From Eledone cirrhosa (Eukaryota): 64,000 nucleotides of DNA. Of this stretch, positions 12,999 through 26,040 are shown one piece after another. Made by a program: the position numbers and the translations under genes. How positions within the stretch are numbered: the stretch's first letter is position 1; the number at the start of each line of letters is the position of its first letter. Under the pieces are notes generated by a model. The model did not search any database, had not been told where the DNA came from, and saw only the letters and a list, made by a program, of their open reading frames with translations. The DNA lies in the NCBI GenBank assembly GCA_964016885.1, contig OZ024765.1, forward strand, positions 13,144,001 through 13,208,000. Direction: 5' to 3'.

Positions 12999-13160
12999 AC
13001 TTTAACATGTCTGGTGTCCTCCAGATAACAGATGTTGGTCATATTGAAGACTTTAACATGTCTGGTATACTCCAGATAACAGATGTTGGTCATATTGAAG
13101 ACTTTAACATGTCTGGTGTACTCCAGATCACAAATGTTGGTTACACTGAAGACTGATGTC
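12999..13160. repeat. 51-bp tandem repeat, ~3 copies (related copies at ~12180-12270)
   Basis: ccagataacagatgttggtcatattgaagactttaacatgtctggt repeated. Confidence 0.8.
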
Positions 13161-13439
13161 CTCCAACTTGGCTGGATTATCTCCCACCTCCACTTCTCTT
13201 CTTGTTAGCAGTTGATTTTGTAATGAAGAAAGGAACACATTTTGGCATTGTAGATATATGGTTGAGGGAAAATAGTAAAAGTTTTTGTGTGATCTGCCGC
13301 CTGCCAATGACTTGGCATAAACAAGAGATGAGCTACAGGAACTAGCTACCAAGCTATAGGAAGAAGGGGAAAAGATTGAGTTCAGAAGTGATGTGAACAA
13401 CAGAACTGCAATGTTGTATCAGGACATCAAGTTTCAGCA

Positions 13440-13775
13440 CTAAAATGGAGATCCAACATTTATGGTGTGATAGTTTTGTTGGTAGTGAAACATGGGCAGA
13501 CTGCAGAGTACATGCATAGACTTGAAGCGGCCATGCTTTGTTGGGTGTGCATTGTAAATGTGGGAGAAAGGCAGAGCTTGGACGAACTGGGTTTAAGAGA
13601 AATCCGAAGTAATGTGCAAGTGAGAAGACTGCACTGGTACAGACATGTGATGTGCATGGATGTTGACAGATGGATGAACAAGTGCCAGAAAGTCCCAGTG
13701 GAAGGAAACCTCAGTTGACATAGACCAAGAAAGATCTGGGCCGAGGTGGTGAGAGTTGATCTCAGACTCTAGAAC
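13440..13775 (+). mobile_element. RTE LINE 3' fragment (old)
   Basis: SETW...MLCWVC...RRLHWYRHVMCMD...KCQKVPVEG. Confidence 0.8.
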
Positions 13776-13995
13776 CAACTTTTTTCCACTTTAGGTTCTT
13801 GAAATACAACCATCACTTACATGAGGTTAAAAGGTAAAGTCTTCAAGAGTTTTGGTGATCCCAGTACTAAATTTTTTTATCTCTATGTTACAACACTCAA
13901 CAAAGACCTGGCAAAACAACATGCGTGATATGCAACAAAGTGTGTAGAACTAGTTCCGGACTAAAAAAAACACATGGTGCTACATAAAGATTGTG

Positions 13996-14203
13996 TCCCA
14001 TAGGGTGACACCACCGGTTCTGTGGAAAGCACAACTTTCTTCTGTCACCTGTGTTGTAAACCATGTAGATCTACAGCTGGTCTACAAAGTCATCTATAAA
14101 GTCCCACAGGGTGACACCACCGGTCCTGTGGAAAGCACAACTTTCTTCTTTCACCTGTGTCGTAAACCATGAAGATCTACAGCTGGTCTACAAAGTTATC
14201 TAC
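13996..14203. repeat. 105-bp tandem duplication
   Basis: gtccca(t/c)agggtgacaccaccgg...ctggtctacaaagt at 13996 and 14101. Confidence 0.85.
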
Positions 14204-14895
14204 GAAGTCATGGGCACAGATGGGATGATAACGAAGAGTCAATAAGAGACGGCAATCATCTGTGAAGACGCTGCAATCCTTATGTATGTGTGTGTGGTGT
14301 GTATGTGTGTGATTTTATTACCTAGGTGTGTAGGTATATGTGTAGTGTGTGTGTTTAAGTATGTAGGTAGATATGTATGTGTATATATATATGTTTTGTG
14401 TGTGTTTATTATGTATGTATGTGTGCATGATATTATTAAGTATGTAGGTATGTATGTGTGGTGTGTGTGTTTATGTATGTAGTAATGTATGTATAATACT
14501 TAGAGCAGTGATGGAATGAATCAGCTGGAGATGGTTGCTTCTGACAGGGAATAAGTGGGCGAATAAGAAGAATATAGAAAAAGAAATCAACTTTGCCTTT
14601 CAACATTTTGAGGACAATAAAAAAAAGTACCAGTCAAGTAATGGGGGTCGATTTTTTTTTTTTTTTTTTTTTTTCCTCTATATATTTCTCACTCCCTTTC
14701 TCTCATTCTCTCTATCCTTCTCTAGAAGAAATCTGCAGTATTCAAACCTGGAGAGGGGTGGGTTCCACCAAGCTTAAAATGCCCAAGAAACAGCGCTACG
14801 GCTCCATAAAGAGTTATGGCACCATGCATGCATAGAAAAAGAAAGTAACATTGTAAAAGACTATAAATGATGTGAGAGGGAAAGGGCAAGGATTA

Positions 14896-15112
14896 TTAAC
14901 CCTTTAGCATTTAAACTGGCTGTATCCAGCCAGAATCCTCTCACCTGTTTCTGTTCAAACCAGCTGTAACTGGCCACTTACACTGATGCTAAGGTATTGT
15001 TCTCAAAATAAATAAATATCAAATCTATGAGATTTTGATATAATGTGAGGTAAAGCCTTTACAATGAAAATATAATAGTATGTATAGAGTAATGTAAATG
15101 TTAAAAGGTTAA
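14896..15112. mobile_element. piggyBac-like MITE
   Basis: TTAA|CCCTTTAGCATTTA...TAAATGTTAAAAGG|TTAA. Confidence 0.8.
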
Positions 15113-15355
15113 CCAACGAAAGAAAGAGAAATTCATGTAGCAGCCATCTCATGTTAAGGCGAAGGCTGATGTCTTAAAGATAACACAGGGTGACCTACTT
15201 GATCAATTATTGTTACATTACAAACTACACACTACATCATGTACTGGTTGTTCCACATGTCCCAGGGCAATGAGAAATATGTTTTAGATACAATCATCAA
15301 CTGTAATATGACATGTATGTGTGTGTATATATATATATATGTACATACATACACT

Positions 15356-15878
15356 CAGATGGTGGATGGGTGCTACACGAGAATGCTGAGGATGGCTCTG
15401 AAGATTAATCAGTATACACTGAGGGTGAAGAACTCAGAGCTGTACGGGAGCCTCCCAAAAGTCAGCTCGAGAGTGGCACAGGGGAGACTGAGGTTAGCTG
15501 GACATGCTCACCGATATCCAGAGTTGACACTGCACTCAGTGCTTCTGTCGGAACCCCTACATGGACACACTGGAAGAGGAAGACTGAGGTTAACTGGACA
15601 TGTTCACCGACATCCAGAGTTGACACTGCACTCAGTGCTCCCGTGGGAGCCCCTACATGGACACACGAGACGAGGAAGACTGAGGTTGACATATGTTGAT
15701 GCCCTAAGGACAGACACTGGTCTCTTAGAGACGCAGGACATGACAGCGATAATGAGGGACAGAGACCGCTGGAGAGAACTCATCCATGGATCTCGGGAAT
15801 TTTACCCGCCCTAGAGATACATATATGAGCCTACCCATGCTAGCGTGGAAGATCGACGTTAAATGATGATGATGATGA
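15356..15878 (+). mobile_element. RTE-type LINE 3' fragment with internal 96-bp duplication
   Basis: DGCYTRMLRMAL...RLRLAGH...RGRLRLTYVDAL...DRDRWR; agactgaggtt at 15485, 15581, 15677; (GAT)n at 3' end. Confidence 0.85.
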
Positions 15879-16249
15879 GATATATATATATATTGTACTT
15901 TGAGAGGGTCATACTGCCAATAAAAACACACGCACCTGTTGGTTTGCACTTCAGTTTGTTATAAATTTCCGGTTGGTTGGTTCAATAACCGGAAAGTTGT
16001 TTATATATTGTCAAAGCTCTTTCGTCACACATTCTCTGACCTCCTTAGCAACTGGGATTTTATTTTGTGTCTCCTTTGTTCTGTCCTACACCATCTTGTT
16101 TTTGTGTGTTGTGTGCTTCGTTTGCACATGCGTTACATCTGTGTGTATGTGTGTGTATATATATATTTATCTACATATATAAGTGGCAAGTGCCCACAGG
16201 ACAGTAGCTCCTTCATATGCTCTAATGGCCGCTATAGAAATAGTCGACA

Positions 16250-17188
16250 ATTTCCGTTACTTGGGTGATGTAATCAGCAGTGGAAGAGGGTGTTCCGAAA
16301 GTACAGTAGCCAGAGTAAGAATGACGGGATGGGAGAAGTTCAGGTAGCTACTACTGCTGTTAGCTTCAAAAGGTTTTTCTCTTAAATTGAAGACTGTATG
16401 AACAGCAATATTGCATGGTAGTGAGACCTGGGCACTGTGTGCTGAGGAGATTGGAAAGAAATGAAGTCTCCATGTTCTGATGGATGTGTAATAGTAATAT
16501 ACACAAATGGGAAAGCGTAAATGAACTGAGAGAGAAATTGCATTGGTGTGGTCATGTGATGCATATATATATATATATATGTTGATATATAATATATGTG
16601 TATATAAATAAATATACATATGTAAATATATATATGTATGTATAAATAAATATATATATATAAATAGATATATACATAAATAAATATATATATGTTGACA
16701 AAGAAGGGTTTCTCCCTGCGTACGAAAGGATGGTTATATGATGCCTGTGTGAGATGCGCGATGCTGCATGGTAGTGAGACATGGGCAGAAACTGCAGAGG
16801 ATATGCGATGGCTGGAGAGAAATGAAGCAAGCATGCTTCATTGGATGTGAAGTGTAAATGTGCGTGAACGACCAAGCATAGATGAGTTGAGAAAAAAAAC
16901 TGGGTATAAGAGTGATAAGTTGTAGTGTGTGGGAGAGAAGACTGAGATGGTATGGACATGTGATGCGTATGGAGGATGACAGCTGGGTAAAGAAGTGCCA
17001 AGAAATCCTAGTAGAAGGAAGACACAGTAGAGGAAGACCATGGGCGGAGGTGGTGGGAGCAGACCTAAGATCGCTGAAACTCACGGAGGAGATGACGAAG
17101 GACCGTGACAAGTGGAGAGATGATGTGCTGAATAAGACCCGTCCCACCCTTGCAAGCAGGGAAAAGCAGACATAAAATAATGATGATT
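16250..17188 (+). mobile_element. Two RTE LINE 3' fragments (16250-16560, 16694-17188)
   Basis: FRYLGD...GWEKFR; KGFSLRTKGWLYDAC...LHGSETW...RRLRWYGHV; RTE tail. Confidence 0.85.
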
Positions 17189-17189
17189 A

Positions 17190-17284
17190 TATATATATAT
17201 ATAAATAAATATATATATATATATATAAATAAATATATATATATAAATAAATATATATATATATATAAATATATATATAAATAA

Positions 17285-17319
<35 letters not shown>

Positions 17320-17345
17320 TATATAAATAAATATATATATATATA

Positions 17346-17441
<96 letters not shown>

Positions 17442-17581
17442 AATATATATAAATAAATATATAAATATATATAAATAAATATATATAAATATATATAAAT
17501 AAATATATATAAATATATATAAATAAATATATATAAATAAATATATATAAATAAATATATATATAAATATATATATAAATA

Positions 17582-17613
<32 letters not shown>

Positions 17614-17715
17614 AATATATATAAATAAATAAATATAAATAAATATATATAAATATATATAAATAAATATATATATAAATATATATATATATATAAATAA
17701 ATAAATATATATATA
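17190..17715. repeat. (TA)n/(TAAA)n array
   Basis: Direct reading. Confidence 0.95.
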
Positions 17716-17958
17716 TAGAGAGAGAGAGAGAATTTGCATTCATTAGCTTGGCCGCGAACTAAAGCTTCGTTAATGCTGTACTAAAATTTATATATATAAA
17801 TATATGTGTATATATAAATAAATAAATATATATATTTATATATAAATATATGTGTATATATAAATAAATAAATATACAAACAAACACACAACCCACACAT
17901 ATATATATATACACAATGATATTAAATAAATGGAAACTATAGTTTCCATTTATTTAAT

Positions 17959-18137
17959 TGTTTCTACTATTGGCAGAAGGCCAGAAATTACCCAGTACAT
18001 TACTGGTACTTTATTTTATCGACCCCGTAAGGATGAAAGGCAAAGTTAACCTCGGCGGGATTTGAACTCAGAATGGCAAGGGCCGTAACTCTATGCGTCA
18101 AGGCATGGCGTCCGACCCTCTACCGATACTGCTAATC
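17959..18137 (-). mobile_element. SINE family A with 10-bp TSD tttatttaat
   Basis: Reverse complement resembles the 46557 element; TSD at 17949-17958 and 18138-18147. Confidence 0.85.
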
Positions 18138-19177
18138 TTTATTTAATATCATTGAATATTATACTCCAGAAAACTTGTCGAGTGCTTTGAATCAGTTATA
18201 AACATTTATATTTGTTGAATTACCAACAAATTGAATATCCTTTTTGCTTATATATATATATACATACACACACAAAAACGCATGATCTCTTATTATGATT
18301 AATAGTGATTAAATAATGACGGGGACTTTTAAAGTATGTCACCGGTACCATTCGGGTGGAGATTCGTTCTTCTACTTTTGCCAGGGCAGCGAGAAACTGT
18401 TTTTAATCACCAAAATATGAAGGTTTTAGCTTTCCTCGTCCTTCATCAATCTAGAGTTGTTCTTGGAATGTAAAGAAGTACGTATTATTTGAATTGTTAT
18501 CACAGCAGACATTGTGTAAGTCTCTACACTTCGTCGTGCTCAATCCTCATTTATTAGGACTGCACACACCCACACGCGTATGTATATATATATGTATATA
18601 TATAATATATATATATATATAGGGTGTTCCCCAAAAATGTATACACACTTGAACATAAAAAAAATGCCTTAAAATAAATTCTGTTTATATGCATTATTTA
18701 AATTATATAAACATTTTTGTGTGTTTACATACAACTGAATGATCTGGAAATCATTTCATTTTGGGGAAAGACTGCATAGTCAGCTTTACTACTTCATTCT
18801 CACCATGGCTTTAGAATATACAAGAACTTTAATGTTGTAGAATGAAGTCGATAAATTAGATAAAATCGTACATTCATTGTTGGAATCTGAAGACGATAAG
18901 TTGATAAATATTTGCTAAGAATTTTTTTTTTTTTAAATGTATTTGTGGTGTGTTTTGACCGAATATGGCCTCAAACCCCGTCGTAAATTACTCTTTTTCT
19001 GAAGGTACGCAGCAACACCCAAGAACTGCTGGTTCACTCAGATATGTTCTTAAACTGGTCACTGAAAGGAGGGCTAACGATAAAAGGAATAATTTCTGAA
19101 GGGTTTGAAGGTTAACTTTGATGAAAAGACATCAAAGACAATAGGAATAACAAACTTCACTTCCAAATGCGGATGTC

Positions 19178-19454
19178 GAGGGCTGGTTGAAAGATTCATA
19201 GGCTGACTATGAAAGAGTGATGCTAGAGCTGTGAAATCTTGCTTGCATTAATCTCAACTCTTATTAATAACTGCATTGTTTCTTTCTCGGGGCTATGTTG
19301 AAAAATAAACCTCATTTGATCATTCCATGAGAGTATCTTGGTCAGCTTATTTTTCAACATAGTCCCGGGAAAGAAACATTGCATTTATTGATAAGAAGAG
19401 TTGAAATGAATGCATGCAAGATTTCACAACCCTAGCATCACTTCTTCATAGTCA
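19178..19454. mobile_element. mariner-like fold-back MITE (related fragment ~22325-22480)
   Basis: Starts cgagggctggttgaaa; long inverted arms tgactatgaaagagtgatgctagagctgtgaaatcttgc / gcaagatttcacaaccctagcatcacttcttcatagtca. Confidence 0.65.
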
Positions 19455-19464
19455 CGTGTGTGTG

Positions 19465-19497
<33 letters not shown>

Positions 19498-19657
19498 CAT
19501 GTGAAACCATTTTGATGGTTTGAGAGCTGATGAGAGTGAAGATGTGTGTGTAAACTTGTCTTGCACATCATCTTTCTTTATTTCCATCTTCCAGTCACTA
19601 ATGTGCACCAGTACACGTCTCCTTGCCTTCCTCCTCTTTCAATCGTTTCTATATTCC

Positions 19658-20030
19658 ATCTACCTGTCACCCACCTTGTGGTTTGTCTCTGTTGACAACT
19701 GACTGCTGGTCTCTGTCTTCTGAGACATTATATATCATCTACCTGTCACCCACCTTGTGGTTTGTCTCTGTTGACAACTGACTGCTGGTCTCTGTCATCT
19801 GAGACATTATATATCATCTACCTGTCACCCACTTTGTGGATTGTCTCTCTGTTGACCACTGGCCACTGTCCTCTGAGACATTATATATCATCTACCTGTC
19901 ACCTACCTTGTGGTTTGTCTCTCTGTTGACCACTGGCCACTGTCCTCTGAGACATTATATATCATCTACCTGTCACCCACCTTGTGGATTATCTGACTGA
20001 TGGCTGCTGGTCTCTGTCCTTTGAGGCATT
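19658..20030. repeat. ~74-80-bp minisatellite, ~5 copies
   Basis: atctacctgtcacccaccttgtgg...ctgagacattatatatc repeated. Confidence 0.9.
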
Positions 20031-20276
20031 TTTGCCCATCGCTGTCTTTGACAGCATTTGGCTATTTTAACGGCTGTTCCAGCGATGTGTTTTCTCATTT
20101 TTATATATATACTAGATCACGGGTGGTCTAGTTGTTACCTGTCGTAGGGTTCCTTTTCATTTTATCTCGTTGGAATTAATATTTTCTCATATTTATGTTG
20201 TTACACTTTGTTCAAAAGAATATATATGTGGGTGTCTGTGACCTATATTTACTGGTCACAGACACACATACATATA

Positions 20277-20550
20277 TCATCATCATCATCATCATCATCA
20301 CCGTTTTACGTCCGTTCTTCCACGCTAGCATGGGTTAGACGGGTTGTCCTGTTGTGGGCAGTGTCTGGTCGGCTGACCATGCCTTGCTCATACAGGAACT
20401 GATCTGGCTTGATTTCTACAGCTGGATGCCCTTCCTAACACCAACCTCATTTACAGTGAGTGCTGGGTGCTTTTTCGTGGCGCCTACACGTCCACTTTAC
20501 AGTGTGGGCTGGGTGCTTTTTTGCTGTGGCACCTCCACGACCACCTTGCG
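20277..20550 (-). mobile_element. SINE family B fragment with RTE-type (GAT)n tail
   Basis: tttctacagctggatgcccttcctaacaccaacc shared with the 26415 element. Confidence 0.75.
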
Positions 20551-20579
20551 GTGGGGGGGGGGGGGCATATTGTTTATAT

Positions 20580-21170
20580 GCTTCAGCATGTACCCATGGG
20601 AGGTCGGGTACCCTGTATTACTGCGTGACGCCAGAAGTCACGGTCGTGTGTCATTGACTTTGAGAGGTGTAGTTGGGTAAGGTCGGCTTTTATCACCTCA
20701 TCCCAAGTCATCTTGGGTCTCCCCACTCCGCGGTTTCCATCAACTTCTAGTGCTCTGCACCTTTTTATGCAGCTGTCATCCTTCATACGCATCACATGTC
20801 CATACCAGCGTAACCGCCTCTCCTGCACGCAGCATTTGATTCCTCTTATGCTCAGTCTCTCTCTCAATTCATTTATGCTTTGTCGTTCACGTATATTACT
20901 GTTACACATCCATCGGAGCATGCAGGCTTCGTTTCTCTCTAATCTACGTAAGTCTTCCACCTTCAGCGCCCAGGTCTCACTACCATGCAACATCGCTGTT
21001 CGGATACACGCATCATACAGTCTGCCTTTCATTCTGAGGGAGAAGCCTTTTGCAGCTAGCAGTGGTAGTAGTTCCCTAAACTTCTTCCATCCCGTTCTTA
21101 CCCTAGTTATTGTACTTTCTGAGCACCCACCTCCGTTGCTAATTCGGTCACCTAGGTAGCAGAAGCTGTC
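20580..21170 (-). mobile_element. RTE LINE 3' fragment (open for ~200 aa)
   Basis: DSFCYLGD...GWKKFRELLPLL...LHGSETW...ERRLRWYGHV...GRPKMTW. Confidence 0.9.
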
Positions 21171-21793
21171 TATATATATATACATATACACACACACACA
21201 CTTAGAAACCCTTCCTATTTAGCAGGAAATATTCACTACACACATCCTGTCCTAACACATGTTATAAGATATGTATGACTTAATATTCAGTCACCAAATT
21301 CGAGTTAGATAAAGTAATGATGTACTTCATTCTTTGAAGCCACCCGGTTATAATTTCATTCAACAACACCACCAGCTCTCTCTCTCCCATTTTCCTTCTC
21401 GTCTCCTTCTCTCTCTCTCTCTCTGTCTTTCTCTCAATCTGCTCTCTCACAACCACTATCTCCTTCTCTCTCTGTGTCTTTCTTTCAATCTGCTCTCTCA
21501 CAACCACTATCTCTTTCTCTCTATCTTTCTGTCTCTCTATGAATTTTGCTAGTCTGTCACAGGGTCAATCTTTCTGACTCCTTCCTCTCACGGAGCTGTT
21601 GGTTATTTATGAAGGTACCTGGGAAAACCCCGTGTCTCAGGAACCCATGTTCCACTTTACACGAAAACTTGTTTTATTCCATTTGCATTCCCATTTCAGG
21701 GGCAACTTCCTTTCAAAATATTTCCCCATTATGCGCTGTTTTGGCTGTAAGAAATTACAGACAAACACACAATCACAGAGTTTTAGTAGTATA

Positions 21794-22167
21794 CTAGCAG
21801 ATTTACCCCGTGTTGCTCTGGGTTTGAAATTATGCTAAGAATATACAGCTAGGAAGTAAAAGAAAATTATTTGTCCCCAACCTATCAAAATAAGCAGAAG
21901 TCTTCAATATATTTGGTGAAACGGTTATCTCCCTTTTTTATAAGGATTGTCAATAAAGTTTGTTAATTTTTCTACCGATAATTTTGATATCAATTTTTTA
22001 TTGCTCAACAGGGGTCGATTTGAAAAATGTTTGTGATGTGACAATCTTATCGACCTGTGCAACGTGCACAGAAAATTTGGTCAAATTCAGTTGGTAATTG
22101 TGAAAGCCTTATGCATGCAAAGTTGTACACAGACACACACACATCCTCGCTTTTATATATATAAAGA
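21794..22167 (-). mobile_element. Non-autonomous Helitron
   Basis: Minus strand: A|TCTTTATATATATAAAAG 5' end; 3' cccagagcaacacggggtaaatctgCTAG|T with subterminal hairpin. Confidence 0.7.
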
Positions 22168-22896
22168 TTAGACCACCCGTGACCCATTGGGTCATGTTCA
22201 CTTAAAGATATATATATATATATACACACATGTTATCTGATACATATGACTTAATATTCAGTCACCAAATTCAACTTAGATACAGTAATGCTGTATTCTA
22301 TTCTTTGAGGTCACTTGTTATAATTCGGTTGAAAAATTCACAGGCTGACCAAATAAGATTTATTTTTCAATATCATCCCTGGAAAGAAACAATGCATTTA
22401 TTAAAAAGAAGAGTTGAAATTAATGCATATATTAATAGATTTCACGGCTCTATAGTCAGTCTATGAACATTTCAGCCCATTCTTATACATTCACAGCATA
22501 TTTTTATCCTCTATATCTTCTTTGTTTCTCTATTATTTCAGAATAACAGATGAAATTGATAGAAGAATTTTTAACTTGTGATGTATCATCAATATCATCT
22601 TTTAAAAGATTAAGGCAAGGATTCTTTTTTCTCAGAAGTCATATAAGTTTTATATATATAAATATTTGGTGAATCACATGACGCTGGAATGCATGTGCGT
22701 GTATATGGAATATGTACAAAAACCTTCTGCATCCTTGGATGATTTTACAAAGGAGTTTGCGTCATTTTCAGATGTCAACAAAGACACATTTGAAATATAC
22801 TATGAAAGCAAAACCGAAAAATATCCAGATTTTTTTGTGTCAAAAGAAAATAAAAATTATTGGACAAATGAATTATGAAAAAGACTTAAAGGATTG

Positions 22897-24606
22897 ATGG
22901 TTTTCCTTGAAGAGATGTCAAAAGAGAAAGGTAAATCACCATATGGTTGTGATATCTGTGGTATGTCATTATCTAGAGAAGACAATCTAACTACACACAA
23001 ACGTACTCATACAGGAGAGAAACCATATCACTGTGATATCTGTGGTAAATCATTCTCTCAGACAGGGAACTTAAATAGACACAAATATACTCATACTGGA
23101 GAGAAACCATATTACTGTGATATCTGTGGTAAATCTTTTTCTCAAACTGCTCATTTAATAAAACACAAATATATTCACACTGGAGAAAAGCCATATTCCT
23201 GTGATATTTGTGCTAAATCGTTCTCTCAAGTAGGTAACTTAACTAAACATAAATATACTCATACAGGAGAAAAGCCATATCATTGTGATATCTGTGATAA
23301 ATCATTCTCTAGAGAAGCGAATTTAACAAGACATATACGCATTCATTCAGGAGAAAAGTCATATCACTGTAATATCTGTGGTAAATCGTTCTCTCAAATA
23401 GGTCACTTATCTACACACAAATATATTCATACAGGAGAGAAACCACATCACTGTGATATCTGTGGTATATCATTCTCTGACAAACAAAACTTAGTGAGAC
23501 ACAAATCTATTCACACAGGAGAGAAACCATATCACTGTGATATCTGTGGTAAATCATTCTCTCAGACAGGTAACTTAGCTACTCACAAATCTATTCACAC
23601 AGGAGAGAAACCATATCACTGTGATATCTGTGGTAAATCATTCTCTCAGACAGGTAACTTAGCTACTCACAAATCTATTCACACAGGAGAGAAACCATAT
23701 CACTGTGATATCTGTGGTAAAACATTTTCTCGAATAGTCCAGTTAGCTTCACACAAATATATTCATACAGGAGAAAAACCACATCACTGTGATATCTGTG
23801 GTATATCATTCTCTGACAAACAAAACTTAGTGAGACACAAATCTATTCACACAGGAGAGAAACCATATCACTGTGATATCTGTGGTAAATCATTCTCTCA
23901 GACAGGTAACTTAGCTACTCACAAATCTATTCACACAGGAGAGAAACCATATCACTGTGATATCTGTGGTAAAACATTTTCTCGAATAGCCCAGTTAGCT
24001 TCACACAAATATATTCATACAGGAGAGAAACCACATCACTGTGATATCTGTGGTATATCATTCTCTGACAAACAAAACTTAGTGAGACACAAATCTATTC
24101 ACACAGGAGAGAAACCATATCACTGTGATATCTGTGGTAAATCATTCTCTCAGACAGGTAACTTAGCTACTCACAAATCTATTCACACAGGAGAGAAACC
24201 ATATCACTGTGATATCTGTGGTAAAACATTTTCTCGAATAGCCCAGTTAGCTTCACACAAATATATTCATACAGGAGAGAAACCATATCCCTGTGATATC
24301 TGTGGTAAATCTTTTTCTCAAACAGCTCACTTAACTACACACAAATATATTCACACAGGAGAGAAACCACATCGCTGTGATAAATTGTTCTCACAGACAA
24401 GTAGCTTAAATAAACATAAAACTATTCATGCAGCTGAGACACCACATCACTGTGATATCTGTGATAAATTGTTCTCACAGACAAGTAGCTTAAATAAACA
24501 TAAAACTATTCATGCAGCTGAGACACCACATCACTGTGATATCTGTGATAAATCAATCCCTAAAACTGACTTAGCTACACATGTTTGTATTGATATAGAA
24601 GCTTAG
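22897..24606 (+). CDS. C2H2 zinc-finger protein ZNF-A (18 canonical + 2 degenerate fingers, no recognisable effector domain)
   Basis: CxxC...HxxxH repeats with TGEKPY linkers; exon acceptor tgtttctctattatttcag at 22541; ATG at 22897 or 22915 (22915 aligns with paralog starts). Confidence 0.9.
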   Translation: MVFLEEMSKEKGKSPYGCDICGMSLSREDNLTTHKRTHTGEKPYHCDICGKSFSQTGNLNRHKYTHTGEKPYYCDICGKSFSQTAHLIKHKYIHTGEKPYSCDICAKSFSQVGNLTKHKYTHTGEKPYHCDICDKSFSREANLTRHIRIHSGEKSYHCNICGKSFSQIGHLSTHKYIHTGEKPHHCDICGISFSDKQNLVRHKSIHTGEKPYHCDICGKSFSQTGNLATHKSIHTGEKPYHCDICGKSFSQTGNLATHKSIHTGEKPYHCDICGKTFSRIVQLASHKYIHTGEKPHHCDICGISFSDKQNLVRHKSIHTGEKPYHCDICGKSFSQTGNLATHKSIHTGEKPYHCDICGKTFSRIAQLASHKYIHTGEKPHHCDICGISFSDKQNLVRHKSIHTGEKPYHCDICGKSFSQTGNLATHKSIHTGEKPYHCDICGKTFSRIAQLASHKYIHTGEKPYPCDICGKSFSQTAHLTTHKYIHTGEKPHRCDKLFSQTSSLNKHKTIHAAETPHHCDICDKLFSQTSSLNKHKTIHAAETPHHCDICDKSIPKTDLATHVCIDIEA

Positions 24607-24667
24607 CTGTATCAGTGTTAAAACTTTGTTGCATGTGATGCTAATATCTTTTATAACTATAGACTTT

Positions 24668-24850
24668 ACACATGCACATACTGGCATACACACACATGCA
24701 CATACTGGCATACACACACACACATGCACATACTGGCATACACACACATGCACATACTGGCATACACACACACACATGCACATATTGGCATACACACACA
24801 CATGCACATAATGGCATACACACACACACATGCACATAATGGCATACATG
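24668..24850. repeat. ~24-28-bp CA-rich minisatellite
   Basis: catactggcatacacacacatgca repeated. Confidence 0.85.
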
Positions 24851-24904
24851 TCTTAGTCTTAGGTTATTCCATGTTTTTAGGTGCATCAAGCAGTAAGTAG
24901 TCAC

Positions 24905-25112
24905 CAATGGTCACAATCAGCGGCGGCTTTTCCGCATCCGTGTCAAGTGATTTTGGCTGCCATCTGTTTTTTTTGGAACGTTCGTTGCCAGGTGATCCTG
25001 TGGCAACCCCACTAACATTTGCCGCCAGGTGGCGTCCAGTTCATTGCTTTTTCGAGTGCCATTCTTTAGGCAGGTGCAGAATATGGACAGCCAGGCAGCA
25101 CTGGCGCTCTGG
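24905..25112 (-). mobile_element. Old RTE LINE 3' fragment
   Basis: Minus-strand frames join as HILHLPKEWHSK..MNWTPPGGK...RITWQRTF. Confidence 0.65.
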
Positions 25113-25383
25113 TAAACATGTATACACATATACACACAGACAAATACATGCACTTATATACATAGGCACATACATACATAGGTAGAGGTATGTGGCCTAG
25201 TGTTGGACTTATGATCACAACATTATGGGTTCGATTCCTGGACTGGTTTGTGTTGTGTACTTCAGCAAAACACTTTCACATTGCTCCTGTGGTAAGGCTG
25301 TTGAACTTACAATCGTTATTCTTTGTAAATATTGTTAATAAAACAGAATTTGAATTAAGCTACTCTGCTCTTATGTTATATTT

Positions 25384-25792
25384 CTGTAAGATAGTAGTGC
25401 TGGTGTCATAACAAAAAGCTCCCAGTCCATCCTGTAAGATAGTAGTGCTGGTGTCATAACAAAAAGCTCCCAGTCCATCCTGTAAGATAGTAGTGCTGGT
25501 GTCATAACAAAAAGCTCACAGTCCATCCTGTAAGATAGTAGTGCTGGTGTCAACAAAAAGCTCCCAGTCCATCCTGTAAGATAGTAGTGCTGGTGTCATA
25601 ACAAAAAGCTCCCAGTCCATCCTGTAAGATAGTAGTGCTGGTGTCATAACAAAAAGCTCCCAGTCCATCCTGTAAGATAGTAGTGCTGGTGTCATGACAA
25701 AAAGCTCCCAGTCCATCCTGTAAGATAGTAGTGCTGGTGTCATAACAAAAAGCTCCCAGTCCATCCTGTAAGATGATAGTGCTGGTATCATG
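25384..25792. repeat. 48-bp minisatellite, ~8.5 near-identical copies
   Basis: ctgtaagatagtagtgctggtgtcataacaaaaagctcccagtccatc; one copy lacks 2 bp. Confidence 0.95.
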
Positions 25793-26040
25793 ACATTGTT
25801 CTAAGGGTGTGATCATAGATAGTTTCAAATCCTCTCCTTTGCTGACTATCCAGGATTTAACATCTATGATTCACCTAATAATGGTGAAATATATTTCTTT
25901 AATGGAATATATACAAAAGATTTAATTATTGCATGTTACTTCCGTAACTATGTGTATTTACAAATTATCCCCTGTCTATGTTTGATGTTTATTTTATATA
26001 TATATGTCAATCAACCTTTATATTATATATATATATATAT

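Noticed and set aside
25021-25036. CTCF-like motif ccgccaggtggcgt
   Set aside because: It is the antisense of WTPPGG codons in an RTE fossil; a single match is uninformative
25384-25792. CRISPR-like regular array and 16-aa repeat ORFs (also 8480-8742)
   Set aside because: No unique spacers, no cas genes, eukaryotic context; plain minisatellites
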